From an uncultured bacterium (GTDB lineage Bacteria; Patescibacteriota; Minisyncoccia; UBA6257; 2-01-FULL-56-20): a stretch of 64,000 nucleotides of DNA. Below the pieces are notes generated by a model that was not told the origin of the DNA, made no database searches, and saw nothing but the letters and a program-made list of their open reading frames with translations. This document shows, one piece after another, positions 56,605-64,000 of the stretch. The position numbers were made by a program, and so were the translations under genes. The first letter of the stretch is position 1; each line of letters starts with the position of its first letter. Where the stretch lies: contig OY970175.1 of assembly GCA_963707865.1 (NCBI GenBank), forward strand, positions 630,028 to 694,027, in the 5' to 3' direction.

Positions 56605-57300
56605 TCAGCCCCCCTCTTTCTGCGTCAACAAGGAATGGCCGCGAGCCCTGTGGGCAAGTAGCGCGTAATCATTCGGGAAAAACTTCGCAGTGATCGCGAA
56701 CACGCCGTACATGATGAAAGGCGCCGCAAACACATCAATGGAATAATGCACGTGTGAGAAAAGCACAGCGGCGCCGAAGACGACAGTGGCGGCGATGAAA
56801 AAGCGGCGCCAGAACTTTTCATTCCAAAAAATGAGGGCCATAAGATACGGAAACGCGGTGTGGCCCGAGAAGAAAAGATTCCCCTGGAACGTGAGGAGGT
56901 GATAGAATCCGAAGCCGGCGTTTGCAGGACTCGGCACGACGCCGCCGGGATAAATCCCTTCGCGGGTCAGAATCATGAAGAACGCGCGGAAGATGACGAA
57001 CAGCGCGATTGCTTTTGTCCCAAACAACAAGTAGTGCGGGCGGGTAATAAGAAAAAAACAGGAAAAAATCCAAAAAAGAATGGTGACGCCCACGATGACG
57101 AATCCAAGATTGACAATGGGAAGGTTGTCCAGGAAAAGATCGCTTTCGGGAGGCGCCAAAAGCGCGTGGCGCGCGGAATAGTGCCCGGCGCTTACCTGGA
57201 CGAAAATCGCGATCGCCACGAGGAAAAGTCCGAGGTACAGCGACCGCTTGCGCGCCACGGTCCAGAAACCGCCCCTATGTTCACGGAAAATATCGGGCAC
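56605..57300 (-). CDS. PAP2-superfamily membrane protein (sphingomyelin-synthase-like)
   Basis: LFFSGHT and HVHYSIDV motifs, multiple TMs. Confidence 0.8.
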   Translation of the reverse strand: MPDIFREHRGGFWTVARKRSLYLGLFLVAIAIFVQVSAGHYSARHALLAPPESDLFLDNLPIVNLGFVIVGVTILFWIFSCFFLITRPHYLLFGTKAIALFVIFRAFFMILTREGIYPGGVVPSPANAGFGFYHLLTFQGNLFFSGHTAFPYLMALIFWNEKFWRRFFIAATVVFGAAVLFSHVHYSIDVFAAPFIMYGVFAITAKFFPNDYALLAHRARGHSLLTQKEGG

Positions 57301-57356
57301 GAAAATAGTATACCATCGGGGAGAAAGCGGATGGAGTATAATAAATCGGTTATCTC

Positions 57357-57953
57357 ATGCCATTCGCATCCCCTATCGTTTCGTGGCTCTTGGCATACCG
57401 CTATCCCATCCTCTATCCGCTCGCGATCGTGGAAGGGCCAGTGGTCATGATGATCTCAGGCTTTCTCGTCCGCCTCAATTTTTTTTCGTTCTGGCCCGTA
57501 TATTTCCTGCTTATCGCCGGCGATCTTACGGGCGACATACTCTGGTACCTGCTCGGCCGTCACGGCGCGCGGTCCTTCATAGAAAAATACGGAAAATTTT
57601 TCAGCATCACAGAGGAGAACGTGGAAAAGGCAGAGCGATTTTTTAACAAGCACCAAGGGAAAATCCTCTTCATTTCAAAGATCACCATGGGATTCGGATT
57701 CGCGGTTGCGACGCTCATCGCCGCCGGCGCCGCCAAGGTGCCGTTCAAGAAATACCTGACCATCAATTTCCTCGGACAGTTCGTCTGGACGGGGGTGCTG
57801 ATGGCGGTGGGATATTTCCTCGGTAACTTGTATATCATGGTTGATAAAAGCTTGCGCTGGGCGTTCGTCATCGCCTTGCTCGTGATCGCAGCCTTCGCGG
57901 CGTACGGCTTCGGGAAGTTCATGCGGAACCGGGTACGCGGAGAGACAATATAA
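57357..57953 (+). CDS. DedA family membrane protein
   Basis: EGP, GD...Y.LGR, AG...VPF. Confidence 0.88.
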   Translation: MPFASPIVSWLLAYRYPILYPLAIVEGPVVMMISGFLVRLNFFSFWPVYFLLIAGDLTGDILWYLLGRHGARSFIEKYGKFFSITEENVEKAERFFNKHQGKILFISKITMGFGFAVATLIAAGAAKVPFKKYLTINFLGQFVWTGVLMAVGYFLGNLYIMVDKSLRWAFVIALLVIAAFAAYGFGKFMRNRVRGETI

Positions 57954-57966
57954 CACATCCTTACCC

Positions 57967-59562
57967 ATGAAAATCTCCGTCATCATACCCACGCTCAACG
58001 AAGAAGAGGCGATCGAAAAAACGCTGCGCCAGATCCACGACAACCTCACGGCGTTTGCCCACGAACTCATCGTGACCGACAGCGGCAGCACCGACCGCAC
58101 GGTTGCGATCGCAAAACGATATGCGCGGGTGGTCGTGGACGCGAGCCCGAGCCACACGATCGCGAGCAACCGGAACAACGGCGCGCGTATCGCGCACGGC
58201 GAATTCCTCGTATTCATTGACGCCGACGTCATCATCCCCGATCCGAATGCGTTCTTTAAAACTGCACTTCAAGATTTCGCGGCCGACAAGAACCTCATGG
58301 CAATCACCGCGCGGCTTATGGTGTTTCCGGAATCTGCGACGCGCATGGACAACATCGTCTTCGGCCTGGTAAGCGTTGACCACTGGCTCAACAACAACGT
58401 GATCCGCATGGGAAGCGCGTCCGGAGAGTTTCAGATGATACGGCGGAGCGCGTTTGACGCAGTCCACGGTTTCCAACCACAGCTCGCCGTCGCGGAAGAC
58501 AACGACATGTTCCGCCGTCTCGCGAAGATCGGGCGGACCAAAATGGAATGGCGACTCACGGTATACCACACCGGCCGGCGCCCTCACGAGATAGGATGGC
58601 CGCGGGTGCTCTGGGACTGGGGAATCAACTATCTCTACGTGCGCCTCCTGAACCGCTCTTACAACAAAGTATGGCGGCCGGTCCGCCTCATGAAGCTAAG
58701 CTTCGTCATCCCCGCCTACAACGAAGCGCATTATCTCCCCGACTGCCTCAACGCCATTTTGAAGCAAAAAGAGAAGCTCCCGTACGATATTGAGATTATC
58801 GTGGTGAATAACGCCTCCACCGACCGGACGCGGAAAATCGCCGAATCGTACGCGAGCAGGGGAATCGTCGTGGTCAACGAACCGGAGAAAGGTCTTGTCC
58901 GCGCGCGGCGTGCCGGCTTCCGCGCCGCAACCGGCGATCTCATCGCAAACGTTGACGCGGACACGCGTCTCACCGACGGTTGGATAAAGAAAGTCATGGA
59001 AGCGTTCGCAAAGGACGAAAAGCTTGTCGCGTTCTCGGGCCCGTTCATCTATTACGATGTGCCGCGGAAGGTCAGAGCGTTCACGAAATTGTTCTACTAT
59101 CTCGGGTACTTTTTCTATCTCATCAACCGATTCATCCTCCGCGCGGGCTCCATGCTCCAGGGCGGAAACTTCGTCGTCCGCCGGAGCGCGTTGGAAAAAG
59201 CTGGCGGCTACAACACCGACATCGATTTTTATGGCGAGGACACGGACGTGGCGCGGCGATTGAGCAAGGTGGGAAAAGTGCGCTTCGCGTTCGGTTTGCC
59301 GATGTATTCTTCCGGCAGGCGGCTTGCCAAAGAAGGAGGGCTTACGATGGCCTTGCGCTACGGACTCAATTATTTTTGGATGATCTTCTTTAAGCGCCCG
59401 TTCAGCAAGGTATCGGTGGACGTCCGCCTCACGAACAAAAATACGGCCTTCTACCGGCCGGAAAACCGCAAAAAGGAACTTTTGATTGCCGCGACCACAA
59501 TCGTCATCTTCCTTGCAATCCTCTGCTCCGTGCTCTACCTCGTCTACCGCTTCGCGCGCTAG
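57967..59562 (+). CDS. Tandem double GT2 glycosyltransferase
   Basis: Two GT-A domains (ISVIIPTLNE...FIDAD...AED; LSFVIPAYNE...NVDAD...GED), C-terminal TM. Confidence 0.88.
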   Translation: MKISVIIPTLNEEEAIEKTLRQIHDNLTAFAHELIVTDSGSTDRTVAIAKRYARVVVDASPSHTIASNRNNGARIAHGEFLVFIDADVIIPDPNAFFKTALQDFAADKNLMAITARLMVFPESATRMDNIVFGLVSVDHWLNNNVIRMGSASGEFQMIRRSAFDAVHGFQPQLAVAEDNDMFRRLAKIGRTKMEWRLTVYHTGRRPHEIGWPRVLWDWGINYLYVRLLNRSYNKVWRPVRLMKLSFVIPAYNEAHYLPDCLNAILKQKEKLPYDIEIIVVNNASTDRTRKIAESYASRGIVVVNEPEKGLVRARRAGFRAATGDLIANVDADTRLTDGWIKKVMEAFAKDEKLVAFSGPFIYYDVPRKVRAFTKLFYYLGYFFYLINRFILRAGSMLQGGNFVVRRSALEKAGGYNTDIDFYGEDTDVARRLSKVGKVRFAFGLPMYSSGRRLAKEGGLTMALRYGLNYFWMIFFKRPFSKVSVDVRLTNKNTAFYRPENRKKELLIAATTIVIFLAILCSVLYLVYRFAR

Positions 59563-59664
59563 AACCATTCGCCCCGCCTATAGGCAATCTTCAGGCAATC
59601 TTCTACGCGAGAGGCGGTCTCGCGCCTATTTGTGAGACGGGTTTTAGTGTGCTAAAAGATAAGC

Positions 59665-61017
59665 ATGGCGTTACGGCGGAAAGTGGCAGTTTTCCTCTTG
59701 TTTCTCGGAGATATCCTCGCGCTCTACGTGGCGCTTTTCCTCACGCTTGCCGCGCGCTACGGAACGGGACTCTACAAAGAATTCGCGGATGTGCAGTTCG
59801 CTCCCTTCACGATCATCTTCATCCTATGGCTTTTGGTTTTTTACATCGCCGGCCTTTACGACCTGCGCCGCCTCCGCAACAACCTTGATTTCTTAAAAAC
59901 GCTTGCACTTTCGCTTGTCACCAATGCCGTGATCGCCGTCCTGTTTTTCTACCTCATACCCGCATTCGGCATTGCGCCGAAGACAAATCTGTTCATCTTC
60001 CTCGTTGTCTTCGCCGTCATAGAAATCTATTGGCGCCGTTTTTTTAACCGGATCACGGAATCCGGCGAAGCGCCGAACAGGGTCGTTCTTGTCGGCACCG
60101 GCCCTTCTGCAAAAGAAATTGCCGCAACTATCAAAGAAAACCCACAGCTCGGTTATGTGATAACGGCGGAACTCACCGGAGAGGAAGCGTCGCACACCCC
60201 GGGCGTGATTGAGCGCGCCACGCGGGCGCAGGGCGCGAACCTCGTGGCCGTTCCGCGCGAATTGAAACGCAAGGAGCCGCTTGCCATTGTTCTTTATCGG
60301 CTTTTCGGACGGGGAATCTCCGTGATAGATTTGGACAGTTTTTATGAGGTCGTCATGCGCAAGGTCCCCCTGGCTGACATTGAAGAAACCTGGTTCCTTG
60401 AAAATATAGAGAATACGGCTCGCTTCTACGACCCTTTCAAGCGGGCGGCGGAATTTTTCGTAGCCGCGATCATCGGCGTCGTCCTTCTTCCGTTTGAAAT
60501 TCTGATCGCGCTTTTGATAACCATCACATCCCGTGGCCCGATATTCATCCGCCAAGAACGGGTAGGGAAATCGGGCGCACCGTTCACTCTCTATAAATTC
60601 CGGAGCATGGTAGCGCTTGCTCCCGACGGCCAAGCTGAAACGCAGGGAGCGCAATGGACGGCGCAGAATGACCGCCGCGTAACGCCCTTCGGAAAATTCA
60701 TCCGCGCGACCCACCTGGACGAACTCCCACAGCTCTGGAACATCATAAAAGGGGACGTGTCGTTCGTCGGCCCGCGGGCAGAACGGCCGGAATTCGTAAC
60801 GAAGCTCGCCGCGCAGATACCGTTCTATGAAGTCCGCCTCCTCGTGCGGCCCGGCGTAACCGGCTGGGCACAGATTAATTACCGCGCCGACCTTACCCCG
60901 GAAGACGTAAAACAAAAATTGCAGTATGATATATATTATCTGAAAAACCGCTCTCCCGTGCTTGACCTTGCCATCATTCTAAAAACATTGAAATCAATCT
61001 TCGTAAATCCGAAATGA
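59665..61017 (+). CDS. Polyprenyl glycosylphosphotransferase (priming sugar transferase)
   Basis: KFRSM, RVTPFG..IR..HLDELPQLWN, SFVGPR.E, RPGVTGWAQ. Confidence 0.93.
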   Translation: MALRRKVAVFLLFLGDILALYVALFLTLAARYGTGLYKEFADVQFAPFTIIFILWLLVFYIAGLYDLRRLRNNLDFLKTLALSLVTNAVIAVLFFYLIPAFGIAPKTNLFIFLVVFAVIEIYWRRFFNRITESGEAPNRVVLVGTGPSAKEIAATIKENPQLGYVITAELTGEEASHTPGVIERATRAQGANLVAVPRELKRKEPLAIVLYRLFGRGISVIDLDSFYEVVMRKVPLADIEETWFLENIENTARFYDPFKRAAEFFVAAIIGVVLLPFEILIALLITITSRGPIFIRQERVGKSGAPFTLYKFRSMVALAPDGQAETQGAQWTAQNDRRVTPFGKFIRATHLDELPQLWNIIKGDVSFVGPRAERPEFVTKLAAQIPFYEVRLLVRPGVTGWAQINYRADLTPEDVKQKLQYDIYYLKNRSPVLDLAIILKTLKSIFVNPK

Positions 61018-61021
61018 TTCC

Positions 61022-61939
61022 ATGAAAATTGTAGTCACCGGCGGCGCAGGGTTCATCGGCTCGCACGTCGCGGACGCCTATGTGAAGGCAGGGCACCGCG
61101 TGCTCGTCATTGACAATCTTTCCGCAGGATCGCGAAGCAACGTGCCGCCAAAGGCGAAATTTTACAACGCCGACATCCGCGACGAGGGCGCCATGAACCG
61201 GATTTTCCTCAAAGAACGCCCCGAGGCTGTAAATCACCACGCCGCTCTCATCAGCGTGACGGAATCGGTCAAAAAGCCGGAAGAGACCTTCGCGACCAAT
61301 GTTACGGGGACGCTGAACGTCCTGCTTGCCTTCGCGCGGCACGGGCGCGGGAAAAGGAAATTCCTGTTTTCCTCCACGGGCGGTGCGATCTATGGCAATC
61401 CGAAGAAGCTGCCCGCCGACGAGTCCACGCCGCCGCACCCACTCTCCCCCTACGCCCTTTCAAAGTACATAGACGAACAGACGATCGCGTACTATTGCGA
61501 CGCGTACCGCATTCCCTATCTCATCTTCCGCTACGCGAACGTCTACGGCCCGCGCCAGCGCGCACAGGGCGGGGCGGGCGTTTTCCCGACCTTCATCTGT
61601 AAGATGCGGCGTGGCGCAGTCCCCGTGATTTTCGGCGACGGGAAGAAAACCCGCGACTATGTGTACGTGGGAGATGTCGCACGGGCCAACCTTCTCGGTT
61701 TGCGGCGCGGCGCGGGAGAGATCATAAACATCGCGTCAAGCCGCGAAACATCCGACTATGACATTTTTAAATCGCTCGCACGGGCAATCGGCTTTAGGAA
61801 ACAACCGCGCTATACCCCGCAGCGAAAAGGCGAAGTGAAGCGGATCGCCATGAGTTTTGCGAAGGCGAAGCGGTTGCTCGGCTGGACGCCGAAAACCCCG
61901 CTCAAAGACGGCATTCAAGAAACTGTCCGCGCGTTTTAG
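61022..61939 (+). CDS. NAD-dependent epimerase (UDP-glucose 4-epimerase-like)
   Basis: TGGAGFIGSH, YALSK, NVYGPRQ, RDYVYV. Confidence 0.92.
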   Translation: MKIVVTGGAGFIGSHVADAYVKAGHRVLVIDNLSAGSRSNVPPKAKFYNADIRDEGAMNRIFLKERPEAVNHHAALISVTESVKKPEETFATNVTGTLNVLLAFARHGRGKRKFLFSSTGGAIYGNPKKLPADESTPPHPLSPYALSKYIDEQTIAYYCDAYRIPYLIFRYANVYGPRQRAQGGAGVFPTFICKMRRGAVPVIFGDGKKTRDYVYVGDVARANLLGLRRGAGEIINIASSRETSDYDIFKSLARAIGFRKQPRYTPQRKGEVKRIAMSFAKAKRLLGWTPKTPLKDGIQETVRAF

Positions 61940-62009
61940 CGCCGGCGCCCTGCCACGCGCACGGCGTGGCGGACAGGACGCCGATGCGCCCGCGTACCGC
62001 TCACGCGCT

Positions 62010-62528
62010 TCACGTATTTCTCCAGAAGCCGCGAATTGAACCATATTTCCCCGCCTTCTTCAGTCCGGCCCCCCGGCCAGCCACCTTTTTTACATACTCG
62101 TCCAAAAGCCCAGAGCTTGACTGCACCTTCCCACCGTGCCCAACATTGAAGACCATTTTACAACCAATTTCCCTGCATACCGGCACCTCCGGAATGTTTC
62201 CGAGCTTTCGGTTGCCTCCATTCGCGAAGATATCCGGCTTCAACTCAAAGAGCTCGCGGCACACACTTATATCTTTCGGGTTTTTCTTGTGTTTCGTAAG
62301 CACCACGCGGTCCACCGGCCGAAGCGCTTCAATAATCTCTTTTCGTTCGTGCTCCGGCATGAACACATGATGCTTCTTTTTTCGCAGCCAGTTGTCATTA
62401 TTCAAAATCACCACAAGCTCGTTGCCCAGCGCCTTCGCGCGTTCGAACAACCGCACGTGGCCGATATGAATCGGATCAAAACCTCCGCTCACGGCGACTA
62501 CGATTTTTTTTCTCTTGCGCGCCTTCAT
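62010..62528 (-). CDS. Cytidylyltransferase-family protein
   Basis: SGGFDPIHIGH, ER.EI, FANGG. Confidence 0.88.
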   Translation of the reverse strand: MKARKRKKIVVAVSGGFDPIHIGHVRLFERAKALGNELVVILNNDNWLRKKKHHVFMPEHERKEIIEALRPVDRVVLTKHKKNPKDISVCRELFELKPDIFANGGNRKLGNIPEVPVCREIGCKMVFNVGHGGKVQSSSGLLDEYVKKVAGRGAGLKKAGKYGSIRGFWRNT

Positions 62529-62721
62529 GTTTGAATTATCATATCACGAAACGGCGGTGGTATCACAATGCCCGCACTGCGGGAAACGCCGCCGGAAACA
62601 AAGTCACCTCATGAGCGCTACTGTGTAAGGGATCCGCTTTTATAGCAGTTTCTGATGCCGTTCTCAATATCAAACCATTATACAATTGGCTTACGCCCTT
62701 AACTAGATTACCATTAACGTA

Positions 62722-64000
62722 ATGTGGCAACGTGTCAAGTCATTTCTTTTTGAGAACCGGAACGTAAAACAGACGGTGGCCAAAAACACCACCTGGCTCT
62801 TCATCTCAAACGCCGGCGGCCGACTTATCAAAGCCGTCATTGTAATCTACGGCGCGCGCGTCCTCGGCGCCGCGGGCTACGGCGTCTTTTCGTACGCAGT
62901 AACGCTCGCCGGGTTCTTCACGCTCTTCGTGGACCCCGGCATCAACGCCGTGCTCATCCGCGATGGAGCGAAAGCGTCCGTCAAAGAACGCTGGTCCTTG
63001 TTCTCAACCACACTTGTCATGAAAGCGGTCGCCATGATTGTGAGCATCGTTATTGTTATAGGAATAGCCCCTTTCTTCTCCACGCTCCCCGGCGCCAAAG
63101 CACTCCTGCCACTGGTCGCCCTGATCATCATCTTTGACGGCACGCGGGAATTCCTGGCCTCCCTTTTCCGAGCCGAGGAGAAAATGCAATGGGACGCCGC
63201 CGCATTTCTTCTTGCCAATCTGGGCATTGCCATCTTCGGATTCATTTTTCTCCATATTGCGACAACCCCGAAATCATTTACGGCCAGTTATGTTGCGGGC
63301 ACCGCGGTGGGCGCGCTCGCGGCAGCTTGGTTCCTGCGGCACAATTTCAAGAAGATAATCGCGAAGGTATCGTTCGGGCGGATGGCGGGCATTATAAAAA
63401 TCGCGTGGCCCTTTGCCGTCACGGGCGCCTTGGCGATCCTGCTCACCAACACCGACATCCTCATCATCAGCTGGATGAGAACGGCCGCCGACGTTGGCGT
63501 CTACGCGGCGGCTATCCGAATCGTGCAGGTACTTTACTTCATTCCTGCCATCGTCCAGCTGTCCACCCTGCCTGCCTTCGCGCGTCTCGCAAAACACGAT
63601 AACGAAAAATTCAGGACGGCGCTGGAGCACACCCTAACGCTCATTTTCCTCGTTTCCATACCAATTTCCCTCGGGGGCGCCGTGCTCGGAACGCAGGTAA
63701 TGGGCTTTGTCTTCGGCCCGGCCTACGTCGCAGGCGGCGTTGCGTTATCCATCCTGATGCTCGGCCTCCTCTTTGACTACGCTACCGCCATTGTTTCAAA
63801 CGCCGTCTTCGCATACAACCACCAGCGGAGCTTAATCATCTGCGCCGCCATCGGCGGTTTCGGGAACGTGCTGTTTGACCTTCTCCTTATTCCGCGCTGG
63901 GGCATAGCGGGATCGGCGGTCGCCACGCTCTGCGCGCAGATTCTAAGCAACTCCTACCTTTGGCACATTATGAACAAGCTGAACCAGTTCCACGTCCTCC
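62722..64000 (+). CDS. Wzx-type polysaccharide flippase (runs off window)
   Basis: MWQRVKSFLFEN...VAKNT.W...AR.LG...YG.FSY; many TMs; TDILII...VGVYAAA. Confidence 0.88.
   Translation, partial: MWQRVKSFLFENRNVKQTVAKNTTWLFISNAGGRLIKAVIVIYGARVLGAAGYGVFSYAVTLAGFFTLFVDPGINAVLIRDGAKASVKERWSLFSTTLVMKAVAMIVSIVIVIGIAPFFSTLPGAKALLPLVALIIIFDGTREFLASLFRAEEKMQWDAAAFLLANLGIAIFGFIFLHIATTPKSFTASYVAGTAVGALAAAWFLRHNFKKIIAKVSFGRMAGIIKIAWPFAVTGALAILLTNTDILIISWMRTAADVGVYAAAIRIVQVLYFIPAIVQLSTLPAFARLAKHDNEKFRTALEHTLTLIFLVSIPISLGGAVLGTQVMGFVFGPAYVAGGVALSILMLGLLFDYATAIVSNAVFAYNHQRSLIICAAIGGFGNVLFDLLLIPRWGIAGSAVATLCAQILSNSYLWHIMNKLNQFHVL

Noticed and set aside
59582-59626. 11-bp tandem aggcaatcttc and a small hairpin before the sugar transferase
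   Set aside because: Only two copies; consistent with ordinary terminator or promoter sequence.

Overview
Bacterial chromosome segment whose gene content and style point to Patescibacteria/CPR (Parcubacteria-like; inferred, not proven). Most of 6.6-15 kb and 22.7-64 kb is housekeeping or metabolic: dprA, topA, rel, parAB, rbfA, infB, serAC, pyrD, rpsR, nusG, secE, gyrB, tldDE, an ApbE/FMN-binding/RnfD-like flavinylation module, folKP, pyrH, htpX, lemA, groESL with CIRCE, hicBA, thioredoxin-system genes, glycosylation genes and six tRNAs. Two accessory regions stand out. (1) 1-6.5 kb holds a diversity-generating retroelement: an avd 3' end, an adenine-rich template repeat and two paralogous targets whose variable repeats differ from it only at adenines, apart from a +1 frameshifting insertion in one. 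The targets sit in an operon with a MoxR/AAA_5 ATPase, next to a large serine recombinase and tRNA-Val. The reverse transcriptase is not in the window. (2) 15892-22677 is a 6.8-kb serine-recombinase element at the tRNA-Leu(UAA) 3' end, built from two back-to-back inverted-repeat modules (418-bp and 158-bp pairs). Circularised, it would be a 6782-bp circle with two inverted 572-bp attP-containing repeats, like the layout of the yeast 2-micron plasmid. attP lies inside the recombinase gene, so integration swaps the C-terminus and inverting one module would restore it. The repeat also carries a candidate ~440-nt structured ncRNA. All alignments were read by eye; no database searches or folding programs were run.
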